Positions 19,010 through 29,389 of a stretch of DNA of 64,000 nt are shown piece after piece. Both the position numbers and the translations under genes were made by a program. Origin of the DNA: Candidatus Multivorans sp. (GTDB lineage Bacteria > Acidobacteriota > Thermoanaerobaculia > Multivoradales > Multivoraceae). The first letter of the stretch is position 1. Each line of letters opens with the position of its first letter. The notes beneath the pieces are model-generated. The model was not told the origin of the DNA. It ran no database searches and was given only the letters and a program-made list of their open reading frames with translations. Location of the stretch: NCBI GenBank assembly GCA_965247095.1, contig OZ251997.1:3712001-3776000 (forward strand), given 5' to 3'.

Positions 19010-19686
19010 GACTTGCCGAGATGCAACGCCTGAACCGGGCCATGCTGGTCGCACTGGTTCTCCTCCTGCCCGCCGCGGCGCTGGGCGCCGGGGTGGAGGT
19101 CTCGGGCACCTACGTCGAAGCGCGGACCGCCGATGTCTACACCGGCCCCTGCTTCGCCAACTCGGAGGTCGGACTGGTTGGCAACGAGGCGATCATGGCC
19201 TGGCGGATCGAGGAGGGCGGCTGGGACGGCATCGACCTGGAGGGGCTCTCGGTGCTCGCCGTCGTGCGCTCCGAAGCCACGCTCGGCGATCCGTACGCCG
19301 AATCCGACGCCGCTGAGGCGGTCCTGATCGTGGACGCCGGTGCGGACCCGTCCCAGCGGCGCGCTCTCGAGGGTTTCGCGCGCGGAATGGGCGGTGAGTT
19401 GCTGGCGGATGTGGCCCTGGTCCAGACGGCAGAAGTCGAGTTCGACGTGCTGGCGAACGGGGCCGCGTCGGTAAGCGCCGGCGAGCTGGCGGCGTTGCGG
19501 ACCCGGCCACTCGATCACCGGGACCACCTGTGCGGGAACGAAACGGTCTTCTACCCGCCCTTGGCGCCAACTGACGGTGCGGCGCCGGGAGTCGCCGTCG
19601 AGCACAGTTGGCAGGGGAAAGGTCTCGGCGCCACCTGGAAGAGCCCCGGCAAGCGCAGCGCCTTCGTGGGCCGGTTCAGTCGTTAG
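19006..19686 (+). CDS. exported DUF1326-like protein
   Basis: SD AAGGAGGT; Sec-type signal; GTYVEARTADVYTGPCFANSE and CGNETVFYPPL motifs (family assignment from memory). Confidence 0.7.
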   Translation: MRLAEMQRLNRAMLVALVLLLPAAALGAGVEVSGTYVEARTADVYTGPCFANSEVGLVGNEAIMAWRIEEGGWDGIDLEGLSVLAVVRSEATLGDPYAESDAAEAVLIVDAGADPSQRRALEGFARGMGGELLADVALVQTAEVEFDVLANGAASVSAGELAALRTRPLDHRDHLCGNETVFYPPLAPTDGAAPGVAVEHSWQGKGLGATWKSPGKRSAFVGRFSR

Positions 19687-19732
19687 AGCAGCCCCTTGGG
19701 GGATCCAAGCAGCCGCCCTTGCTGCCTTTGAG

Positions 19733-20080
19733 ATGATCATCAACAAGCGACAGATCGGCGATTCCAGTCTTCTGGCGGTGGAGGGCGTGATCAAGCTCGG
19801 ACAGAGCGCGCGTTTCCTTGCCGACGCGTTGAAGCGGAGTCTGTCCGAGGGCGACGGTCACGTTCTGCTCGACCTCTCGGACGTGAACTACATGGACTCG
19901 ACCGGGATCGGTGAACTCGTCGGTTACCTGGTGCGCCTTCGCGCCGAGGAACGGAAGCTGATCCTGATCCGGCCCTCCGAGCGGATCGTCCAGTTGCTCA
20001 CCGTCGCGGGTGTGGCGTCGCTCTTCCCGACGTACGACACCGTGGCGGAGGCCCTGGCTGCCGAGGCTGCCGAAACCTGA
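19733..20080 (+). CDS. STAS-domain anti-sigma factor antagonist
   Basis: LDLSDVNYMDSTGIGELV motif with phosphorylatable Ser. Confidence 0.9.
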   Translation: MIINKRQIGDSSLLAVEGVIKLGQSARFLADALKRSLSEGDGHVLLDLSDVNYMDSTGIGELVGYLVRLRAEERKLILIRPSERIVQLLTVAGVASLFPTYDTVAEALAAEAAET

Positions 20081-20193
20081 AGCCTCTCCCGGGCGCCCGT
20101 GCCGGCGCCTGTCGCGGCCTGATCGCGGCCTGATCGCCGTCAGGGCGCCGCGCGGCTGCGGGCATTCCGAGCCGTGACGGCAACGCTGTGTCC

Positions 20194-20673
20194 TCAGGGC
20201 AGCGATCGGGGTTTCCGGACCTGCAGAACGAACGGTTCGGGCAGGAGATCGTGGAGTGTGAAGCGACTCCAGTTCGCGGCCTCGTGGTTGCCGGCGGTGA
20301 CCGATACCACGGGCAGGTCGCAAGAGAACTCCACCAGGGCGTCGCGGCACTGCCCACAGGGCGCGCATGGCGGTGTGGCGGTGGTAGCGATGGCCAGTGC
20401 CTGGAATGAAGTCCGTCCGTCCGCGACCGCGGCCGACAGCGCGCCGCGCTCGGCACAGAGGGTCAGGCCGAGCACGCGGTTCTCGACGTTGCAGCCGCCG
20501 TAGATGCGGCCGTCCGCCGCCAGCAGAGCGGCGCCCACCCTGAAACCGCTGTAGGGGGCGTAGGCCCGTTCGCGGCTACGGACCGCGACGTCGACCAGAG
20601 CCTCCCAGTCGATGCCCTCCCAGGAGGCGGCGTGGTCCAGTATCGGCAGGTGGAACACGGGTTGCCCACTCAT
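20194..20673 (-). CDS. cdd: cytidine deaminase
   Basis: AYAPYSGFRVGAA, GCNVEN, CAER, PCGQCR. Confidence 0.95.
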   Translation of the reverse strand: MSGQPVFHLPILDHAASWEGIDWEALVDVAVRSRERAYAPYSGFRVGAALLAADGRIYGGCNVENRVLGLTLCAERGALSAAVADGRTSFQALAIATTATPPCAPCGQCRDALVEFSCDLPVVSVTAGNHEAANWSRFTLHDLLPEPFVLQVRKPRSLP

Positions 20674-20840
20674 GGACCGCACCCTAGCAGCCTCCAGGGC
20701 GCTCGGCCCGAACCGCAGGCCCGGAAACGTGATACCCTGCGCCGCGCTTTGGCTCTGAGATATTCGTGTCGTGCCTTCGCACTTGACTCATTTGGTTCGC
20801 GGTCCCTCATTCCCTTGATGTCGGCTCGCAAGTTCGTGAG

Positions 20841-22094
<1,254 letters not shown>

Positions 22095-22107
22095 GGAGCC
22101 CGTCACC

Positions 22108-23283
22108 TTGAAGATCCACGAGTTCCAGGCCAAGGAACTCCTGCGCGGCTTCGGCGCCAGGGTGCCGCAGGGGAAGGTCACCTCCGATCCCGCAAAGGCG
22201 GCGCAGATCTGTCGTGACTTCGGAGGCCGCTGCGTGGTCAAGGCCCAGATTCACGCCGGTGGCCGTGGCAAGGGCGGCGGCGTCAAGGTGGCCGCTGACC
22301 CGGAGGAGGCTGAGCGGCTGGCTGGCGAGATCCTCGGTATGCATCTCGTGACCCACCAGACCGGTCCCGAAGGCCAGCGGGTGCGGAAAGTCCTGATCGA
22401 AGAGGCGCTCGAGATCGAGCAGGAGCTCTACCTGGGCGTGACCCTGGACCGGGCGGCCGAGCGGCCGGTGTTGATGGCGTCCCGCTCCGGCGGCATGGAC
22501 ATCGAGGAAGTGGCGCGCACGGACCCCGACGCGATCCTGCGAGAGCTGATCGATCCGCAACTGGGCGTGCTGCCGTTCCAGTGCCGGAGGGTCGCGTCCG
22601 GTCTGGGGTACTCGGGCGGCACGGCGCGTCAGATCCAGGCCGCTGTCGCCAGCGTGGTCGCGGCCTATCTGGAGACGGACGCATCCCTGGTCGAGATCAA
22701 CCCGCTGATGGTCGACTCGAAGGGCGATGTCTACACCCTGGACGCGAAGATGAACTTCGACGACAACGCGATGTTCAGAAGGCGGGAGATCGCCGGCCTT
22801 CGCGACATCCACGAAGAGAACCCGCTCGAGGTCGAAGCGTCCAAGCACGGCATCAGCTACATCAAGCTGGACGGCAGCATCGGCTGCATGGTGAACGGCG
22901 CCGGGCTGGCGATGGCGACGATGGACATCATCAAGCTCCACGGAGGCGAACCAGCGAACTTCCTCGATGTCGGCGGCTCGGCTTCGCAGGAGGCGGTGGC
23001 CAGCGCCTTCCGGATCATCCTCTCGGATACGGCGGTGAAGGCGGTGCTGATCAACATCTTCGGCGGCATCGCGCGCACCGATCGCATTGCCCGCGGCGTG
23101 GTCGCGGCGATCGGGGAACTCGACGCGGCGGGCTCGCCGGTCGATGTGCCGGTGATCGTACGGCTCGAGGGAACGAACGTGGAGGAGGGCCGGAAGGTGC
23201 TGGAAGAGGCCGACTTCGACTTCATCGTGGCCGACGGCATGGCGACCGCCGCCGAGCGCGCGGTAGCGGCCCTGGGAAGCTAG
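22108..23283 (+). CDS. sucC: succinyl-CoA synthetase beta subunit
   Basis: [41 protein letters not shown]. Confidence 0.97.
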   Translation: MKIHEFQAKELLRGFGARVPQGKVTSDPAKAAQICRDFGGRCVVKAQIHAGGRGKGGGVKVAADPEEAERLAGEILGMHLVTHQTGPEGQRVRKVLIEEALEIEQELYLGVTLDRAAERPVLMASRSGGMDIEEVARTDPDAILRELIDPQLGVLPFQCRRVASGLGYSGGTARQIQAAVASVVAAYLETDASLVEINPLMVDSKGDVYTLDAKMNFDDNAMFRRREIAGLRDIHEENPLEVEASKHGISYIKLDGSIGCMVNGAGLAMATMDIIKLHGGEPANFLDVGGSASQEAVASAFRIILSDTAVKAVLINIFGGIARTDRIARGVVAAIGELDAAGSPVDVPVIVRLEGTNVEEGRKVLEEADFDFIVADGMATAAERAVAALGS

Positions 23284-23288
23284 ACGCG

Positions 23289-24161
23289 ATGTCGATTCTG
23301 GTTGGCGAGGACACGCGCCTGATCGTGCAGGGCATCACCGGCACGGAGGGCCTGTTTCACGCGATGGGGTGCCGGGAGTACGGCACCGAGGTCGTCGGTG
23401 GCGTCACGCCCGGCAAGGGCGGCAGCACGGTCGAAGGTTTCGCGGTCTGGGACTCGGTCGATCAGGCGCGGCAGGCGACGGACTGCAACACGACGCTCAT
23501 CTTCGTGCCGCCGCCGTTCGCCGCGGACGCGATCATGGAGGCGGCCGATGCCGGCGTCGAGTTGATCGTCTGCATCACCGAGGGCATTCCCGTTCGCGAC
23601 ATGGTGCGGGTGAAGACGTTCCTCGCCGGCAGGAACAGCCGGCTGCTGGGGCCCAACTGCCCGGGTCTGATCACACCCGGCCGGGCCAAGGTCGGCATCA
23701 TGCCCGGCCACATCCACGCCTCGGGCAACGTCGGCGTGATCAGCCGCAGCGGCACACTGACCTACGAGGCCGTGTGGCAGCTCACGAACGAGGGCCTCGG
23801 TCAAACGACCTGCGTCGGCATCGGCGGCGATCCGATCAACGGCACGAACTTCATCGACGTGCTCGCACTGTTCGCCGGAGACGGGGCGACCGAGGCGATC
23901 GTGATGATCGGCGAGATCGGCGGCACCGCGGAAGAGGAGGCGGCGGACTGGATCCGGCAACACCTCGATATCCCGGTCGTCGGCTTCATCGCCGGCGCTA
24001 CAGCGCCCCCGGGGCGGCGGATGGGCCATGCGGGAGCGATCGTCGCGGGCGGCAAGGGAACCGCCGCGGAGAAGAAGGCGGCGCTTGAAGCGGCCGGCGT
24101 GCTGGTAGTCGACTCGCCCGCCGAGATGGGCGCGCGCGTCGCGGCGGCACTGGCCTCCTGA
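23289..24161 (+). CDS. sucD: succinyl-CoA synthetase alpha subunit
   Basis: [36 protein letters not shown]. Confidence 0.97.
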   Translation: MSILVGEDTRLIVQGITGTEGLFHAMGCREYGTEVVGGVTPGKGGSTVEGFAVWDSVDQARQATDCNTTLIFVPPPFAADAIMEAADAGVELIVCITEGIPVRDMVRVKTFLAGRNSRLLGPNCPGLITPGRAKVGIMPGHIHASGNVGVISRSGTLTYEAVWQLTNEGLGQTTCVGIGGDPINGTNFIDVLALFAGDGATEAIVMIGEIGGTAEEEAADWIRQHLDIPVVGFIAGATAPPGRRMGHAGAIVAGGKGTAAEKKAALEAAGVLVVDSPAEMGARVAAALAS

Positions 24162-24186
24162 CGGCCGCGGCTGAACGGGAGACGAG

Positions 24187-24606
24187 ATGGAAGAGACGCT
24201 GACGATCATCAAGCCGGACGCGGTCCGCGCGGGCAACACGGGCCGGATCATCGCCCACCTCGAGGAAGCGGGGTTCACGATTCAGGCGATCCGGCGTTTG
24301 CGCCTTTCGCGGGCGCAGGCCGAGGCCTTCTACGCGGTCCATCGGGAGCGGCCGTTCTTCGCGGACCTGGTCGCCTTCATGACCAGCGGTCCGGCGGTGG
24401 CGATGGCGCTTGCCCGGGAGAACGCCGTCACCCACCTCCGCGACACGATGGGCGCGACCGACTCCACCCAGGCGGCGCCGGGCACGATCCGGAACCTCTA
24501 CGGGTCGAACATCCAGAACAACGCGATCCACGGCAGCGACTCGCCGGAGAACGCTGGCTTGGAGCGCGCGTTCTTCTTCGCCGGCTGCGACCTGGTCGGC
24601 CAGTAG
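24187..24606 (+). CDS. ndk: nucleoside diphosphate kinase
   Basis: IIKPDAV, FMTSGP, PGTIR, NAIHGSDS. Confidence 0.97.
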   Translation: MEETLTIIKPDAVRAGNTGRIIAHLEEAGFTIQAIRRLRLSRAQAEAFYAVHRERPFFADLVAFMTSGPAVAMALARENAVTHLRDTMGATDSTQAAPGTIRNLYGSNIQNNAIHGSDSPENAGLERAFFFAGCDLVGQ

Positions 24607-24616
24607 CCAGTTCGCC

Positions 24617-24997
24617 TCAGTGGCCGACGCCGCGCGGACGCAACAACCGGCCGAGACCGCCGAGTGCGGCGTCGGCGACCAGGGCGAGATCCCGGCCCAG
24701 CAGGGTGACCAGCCCGGTCCCGGTGTACTCGGGGTACAAGTCGATGCTGCCTTTTCGCAGCGCTTCGAAGCAGAACTCGGTCCCGGCGAGCCCGAGTTTT
24801 CTCTCGACCTCGAGGTCGGTGCGGGCCTCGATCAACTGCGCGAAGAGTTCGCCGAGCAGGCGGTTTTCGGCGAAGTTCTTCGATCCGACGACGATCTTGC
24901 CGCGAGGTTGATCGTCTTCAACTTCCTCCTGCGCCGCTGCCGGCAGGTGACTGCCGGCGCAGAGTGCGGCCAGCAGAAGGAAAGCCGGCCGGGTCAT
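24617..24997 (-). pseudogene. collapsed glycine betaine/osmoprotectant ABC binding protein(-permease) gene
   Basis: Signal peptide, VVGSKNFAE..LLGE and IDLYPEYTGT (OsmF/OpuAC N-terminus), then abruptly LALVADAALGGLGRLLRPRG-stop; only 126 aa. Confidence 0.75.
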
Positions 24998-25219
24998 GAC
25001 TGGGCGACTCCCGAGCGGTCCAGCAGGCGCATGACCGCCTGAGCGGGGCTGGGAGTGGAGGACGTCACGACGGAGTCGAAGCTGCGAAGGATCGTGCCCC
25101 AGCGTCCGCGACCGGAACGGCGAGCCGCCGCCGTCCGGGATCCATGCCGCCTGCAGGCGTGTTGATACTGTCGGCGCTTCGGCGATACCCGACCGAAGGC
25201 GGGTGGAAGGACCCAGGAA

Positions 25220-26656
25220 CTGGCTGCAGCGACCCAACTCTTCTCCAGCCGCTGGGGGCTCATGCTGGCCATGCTGGGCATGGCGGTGGGTACCGGCAAC
25301 CTGTGGCGGTTCCCACGGATCGCGGCCTCCAACGGCGGCGGCTCCTTCCTTGTCGCCTGGGTCGTCTTCCTGATGCTCTGGTCGGTGCCGCTGATCCTGG
25401 CCGAGTTCGCGCTCGGCAAGAAGATGCGGAACGGCACCGTCGGCACCTTCGCGCGGATGATGGGCGATCGGTTCGCCTGGATGGGCGCCTGGATTGCCTG
25501 GGTGGCGGCGGCGATCGGCTTCTACTACGCGGTGGTCATGGGTTGGACCCTGCGCTACCTGCTGGCAGCAGCGACTCTGCAACTCCGCGGCGAGGGCTCC
25601 AGCGAGCTCTGGGAGAGCTTCTCCTACTCGCCCTCCGCGTTGATCTTTCACGCCCTGGCCCTGGCCCTGGCCGTGATCGTGGTGCTCAAGGGCATTCGCG
25701 GCATCGAGAGCGTGGTGCGGGTGCTGATGCCCGCGCTGCTGGTCCTGGTCGTGGTGCTTGCGATTCGCGCCGTGACGCTGCCGGGGGCGTCGAAGGGTCT
25801 TCAGTTCCTGTTCGAGCCGACCTGGAGCGACCTGCTCGACTACAACGTGTGGCTGCAGGCGTTGACCCAGAACGCCTGGGACACGGGCGCCGGCTGGGGT
25901 CTGGTCCTGACCTATGCCGTCTTCTCGCGCCGCCGGGAGGACACGAACCTGAACTCCTTCCTGCTCGCGTTCGGCAACAACAGCGTCTCCCTGCTCGCCG
26001 GCGTCATGGTGCTGTGCACGGTCTTCTCGCTGATGCCCGATGCGGCCGGGGAGATCGTCGGCGCCGGCAACGAAGGTCTGACTTTCATCTGGATCCCGCA
26101 ACTGTTCAACGCGATGCCGGGCGGCAGCGTGTTCATGGTCCTGTTCTTTGCGGCCCTGGTGTTCGCCGCCTGGACGTCCCTGGTGGCGATGTTCCAGCTC
26201 GTCAGTTTGGCGCTCGAAGAGGCGGGTCTCGAACGCCGGACGGCGGTCATCTCGCTGGCGGTCGCCGCCTTTGCGCTGGGCATTCCCTCCGCGCTCTCCC
26301 AGCCGTTCTTTGTGAATCAGGACACGGTCTGGAGCGTGGCGTTGATGTTCTGCGGTCTGTTCTTCGCCCTGATCGTCATTCGCTACGGCGTGGCGCGCTT
26401 CCGTGCGGAACTGATCAACCAGGGAGGGCAGGACATGGTGGTCGGCGTGTGGTGGGAGTGGGCGATCCGGCTGGTCGTCGTCCAGGCGTTGGTGCTCGTC
26501 GTCTGGATGTGCTGGGGCGCGCGGAACGAACCGCTATGGGGCCCGCTCGGTGTGGGCAACATGTTCGCGCAGTGGCTGGTGGTGGCCGCGGTGCTGATCG
26601 CGCTCAACGGCGTCTTTCTGCGCGGCCTAAAGAAACGCGCTCAGAGCACGGAGTAG
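25220..26656 (+). CDS. sodium-dependent transporter, NSS/SNF family (probable CTG start)
   Basis: FSSRWG, AVGTGNLWRFP, NGGGSF, GLTFIWIP; the conserved N-terminus lies upstream of the first ATG (25262). Confidence 0.9.
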   Translation: MAAATQLFSSRWGLMLAMLGMAVGTGNLWRFPRIAASNGGGSFLVAWVVFLMLWSVPLILAEFALGKKMRNGTVGTFARMMGDRFAWMGAWIAWVAAAIGFYYAVVMGWTLRYLLAAATLQLRGEGSSELWESFSYSPSALIFHALALALAVIVVLKGIRGIESVVRVLMPALLVLVVVLAIRAVTLPGASKGLQFLFEPTWSDLLDYNVWLQALTQNAWDTGAGWGLVLTYAVFSRRREDTNLNSFLLAFGNNSVSLLAGVMVLCTVFSLMPDAAGEIVGAGNEGLTFIWIPQLFNAMPGGSVFMVLFFAALVFAAWTSLVAMFQLVSLALEEAGLERRTAVISLAVAAFALGIPSALSQPFFVNQDTVWSVALMFCGLFFALIVIRYGVARFRAELINQGGQDMVVGVWWEWAIRLVVVQALVLVVWMCWGARNEPLWGPLGVGNMFAQWLVVAAVLIALNGVFLRGLKKRAQSTE

Positions 26657-26663
26657 CGACGCC

Positions 26664-26972
26664 TCAACTGAGCCGGCGGTGCAGCCAGGCCTGGACGCGT
26701 TGAATGCGCCGCCAGGCGTTCGGCCAGCGGCGCATGACGAAAGCCCGCAGGCGGCGGTTCAGGCGGTCGCTGGCGAGCGAGAGCAGTGCCACGCCAAGTG
26801 CGAGGGGCACGATCTGGGGCACGACGGGAAGCAGGACACCGATGATGCCCAGCAGAAGGAACAGGCCACCCAGAGCGAAAAGAAGAATGCGCACGCCGGT
26901 GCTCAGGGGAGCCAGCTCGGGTTCCTGCTCCACGAGGGGCGCCAACGGCGGGTCCGGATTGCTCTCAGTCAC
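26664..26972 (-). CDS. small membrane protein (PGPGW/DUF454-like)
   Basis: Two hydrophobic helices LGIIGVLLPVVPQ; GTGA overlap with tyrS stop. Confidence 0.65.
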   Translation of the reverse strand: MTESNPDPPLAPLVEQEPELAPLSTGVRILLFALGGLFLLLGIIGVLLPVVPQIVPLALGVALLSLASDRLNRRLRAFVMRRWPNAWRRIQRVQAWLHRRLS

Positions 26973-28207
26973 TCTGGAATCGCTGCACTCGGTGTCGTGA
27001 GTCTTACCTTCAAGAAGCGGCGCTTGCCCACCTTGAGCAGGACATCCGCTCCTTCCTTCAGGATGCGGTACGGATCACTGACTTTCTCGCCGTCGAGGGA
27101 GACCGCCCCCTGCTGGACCAGGCGCCGCGCTTCGGCTCTGCTGCCAGTGAGGCCGGCATCGGCGATGACGGCAAAGAGAGACTGACCGGCGGGGACCAGG
27201 AGGGTCTCGATCTCGTCCGGCACACCGCCGCGGCGGAACATGCGGTCGAACTCGGCGCGCGCGCCGTCGGCGGCGTCGCGGCCATGGAAGCGGCGCACGA
27301 GTTCATGGGCCAGCTCAGCCTTGAGATCCCGCGGGCTGGCCTTGCCTTGCTCGACCTGCGCCTTCTGGCGGTCGATCTCGGCCTCGTCCAGATCGGTCAA
27401 CAGCAGCCGCCAATCCCACATCAGCGAATCGGGGATCGACATCGTGCGGCCGAACATCTCGCGGGGCGAGTCCTCGAAGTGGACCGCGTTGCCGAGGCTC
27501 TTCGACATCTTCTGCACGCCGTCGGTGCCGACCAGGAGCGGAACGGTGAGCGCGATCTGGGGCTCCAGGCCGCGCGCGCGCATCAGGTCGCGGCCGACCA
27601 GGAGGTTGAGCAACTGGTCGTGCCCGCCGAGTTCGGCGTCGGCCTTAAGGACCACCGAGTCGTAGCCCTGGGTCAGCGGGTAGAGCAGCTCGTGAATCGA
27701 GATGGGTTCGTGGTTCTCGAACCTCGCGCGGAAGTCCTGGCGCTCCATCATCTGGGCCAGGGTGTAGGAACCGGCCAGCCGGATCAATCCCTCGGCGCCC
27801 AACTCGGAGAGCCATTCGCTGTTGTGCAGGATCTCGGTTCGTTCCCGGTCGAGCACCTTCCAGGCCTGCTCCTGGTAGGTCTGGGCATTTGCGAGGACCT
27901 CCTCGCGGGAGAGCTGCGGCCGGGTGGCCTTCTTGCCGGTGGGATCGCCGATCATGGCGGTGAAGTCGCCGACCAGGAACACGACCCGATGCCCGAGCTG
28001 CTGGAAGTGCGCCATCTTGCGCAGGAGGACCGCGTGACCCAGGTGCAGATCGGGCGCGGTCGGATCGAAGCCGGTCTTGACCAGCAGCGGGCGGTTCTGC
28101 CGGCGGGATTCCTCGAGCCGGCGGCGCAGTGCGTCCTCGGAGGCGACGTCGACCGCCCCGCGGAGGAGCAGTTCCATCTGCTCTTCGACCGGCGGGAAGC
28201 TGCTCAT
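26969..28207 (-). CDS. tyrS: tyrosyl-tRNA synthetase
   Basis: GFDPTAPDLHLGH, IGDPTG, QGYDS, KMSKS, C-terminal S4 domain VGKRRF. Confidence 0.97.
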   Translation of the reverse strand: MSSFPPVEEQMELLLRGAVDVASEDALRRRLEESRRQNRPLLVKTGFDPTAPDLHLGHAVLLRKMAHFQQLGHRVVFLVGDFTAMIGDPTGKKATRPQLSREEVLANAQTYQEQAWKVLDRERTEILHNSEWLSELGAEGLIRLAGSYTLAQMMERQDFRARFENHEPISIHELLYPLTQGYDSVVLKADAELGGHDQLLNLLVGRDLMRARGLEPQIALTVPLLVGTDGVQKMSKSLGNAVHFEDSPREMFGRTMSIPDSLMWDWRLLLTDLDEAEIDRQKAQVEQGKASPRDLKAELAHELVRRFHGRDAADGARAEFDRMFRRGGVPDEIETLLVPAGQSLFAVIADAGLTGSRAEARRLVQQGAVSLDGEKVSDPYRILKEGADVLLKVGKRRFLKVRLTTPSAAIPE

Positions 28208-28274
28208 GGGGCGGAGGGTAACAGCCGGTTGCGGGTGGCGGGCAGACGACGATTCGGGGCGGCGTGAACGCCGT

Positions 28275-29138
28275 TCAGGGCGTGCCGGACCGGGGTTCTC
28301 CGGATGAGGGGACCCGGGGCGTCGCCGTGTCACGAATACGGCCGGAGGCGACGATTCTGGCGTCCCCGGACAGACGCCAGCGCTCCTCGCCGGCCGGCTC
28401 CAGGGGGCCTTCCTCCAGATGCAGTTCGCAGCCGCTGCGAGTGGTGGCGACGAGGGGCAGGGAGAGGCGGCCTTCCGCGATGGCGCAGGCGGCGGCGGCC
28501 ACGACGCCGGTGCCGCAGGCCAGAGTCTCGGCTTCGACGCCGCGCTCGAACGACCTGATGCGGAAGCCCTCGGGACGATCGAGGCCGACGAAGTGGACGT
28601 TCGCGCCTTCCCTTCCGAGGTCCGGGTGGGCGCGGAGGATCGGCCCGAGCGAGCCGACCGGCGCCTCGTCCAGGTCCGTTTGCCACCAGAGAACGAAGTG
28701 GGGCACGCCGACGTCGATCCGGCGGCCGGTGTAGGTGCGGCTGTTCGTGTGCAGAGTCATCGGATGTCCCGGTCCCGGCGCAGGCACCAGGACGGCGGTG
28801 CGCGTCTCGTCGAGCGGTTCGGCCGTGAGAGTGCCTGACGCGGTTTCGATCTGCACACTCGAGGCCGATGGCTCCTGGTCGAAGGCGAGCCGGGCGGCAC
28901 AGCGGGCCGCGTTCAGGCACAGGTCGGCGTGGGCTCCGTCGGCGTTGGCGTAGTCGAGGGCATAGCGTCCGTCGGTCACGCGCCGCAGGCTGAACAGGCC
29001 GTCGGCGCCGACCGATACGCCGCGCCGGCACCACGCCTGCACCGTCTCCACGGGCGGAATGGGACAGTCCAGCAGGGCGATGAAGTCGTTGCCCGCGCCG
29101 CTAACGAAGAAGAACGGGGTGCCGTTACGGTCGGTCAC
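28275..29138 (-). CDS. dapF: diaminopimelate epimerase
   Basis: GAGNDF, GADG, NADG..ADLCLNAARC, GVPH, ERGVEAETLACGTG. Confidence 0.92.
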   Translation of the reverse strand: MTDRNGTPFFFVSGAGNDFIALLDCPIPPVETVQAWCRRGVSVGADGLFSLRRVTDGRYALDYANADGAHADLCLNAARCAARLAFDQEPSASSVQIETASGTLTAEPLDETRTAVLVPAPGPGHPMTLHTNSRTYTGRRIDVGVPHFVLWWQTDLDEAPVGSLGPILRAHPDLGREGANVHFVGLDRPEGFRIRSFERGVEAETLACGTGVVAAAACAIAEGRLSLPLVATTRSGCELHLEEGPLEPAGEERWRLSGDARIVASGRIRDTATPRVPSSGEPRSGTP

Positions 29139-29389
29139 GGCGGCGTGCCGTCGTCGTCCCCGCCGTCGTCGTCGTCGTCATCCTCGCCGTCTTGAGTTTC
29201 CGACTCCGAAGATTCGCCGTCGATGGCTGTTGCTTCGCCGGGCGCCGTTTCGGCGATGGGGTCCGGCTCGCGCAGAGGCGGCAGCGGATCGCCCTTTCGG
29301 CCGCAGCCGGTGGCGGCCAGCAGCGTCAGCAGAACGGCGACGATCGCGGCCGGGCCGATGGGATGGCGATGGCGGGGTCTAGAGGACAT
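29135..29389 (-). CDS. small lipoprotein (LptM/LPAM-like)
   Basis: Lipobox ATGC followed by GRKGDPLPP; acidic tail; upstream of dapF. Confidence 0.75.
   Translation of the reverse strand: MSSRPRHRHPIGPAAIVAVLLTLLAATGCGRKGDPLPPLREPDPIAETAPGEATAIDGESSESETQDGEDDDDDDGGDDDGTPP

Noticed and set aside
20112-20137. Short tandem TCGCGGCCTGA repeat between convergent genes
   Set aside because: Two copies only and not seen elsewhere in the window; likely slippage
29140-29195. GTC/GAC triplet run
   Set aside because: Encodes the acidic tail of the small lipoprotein
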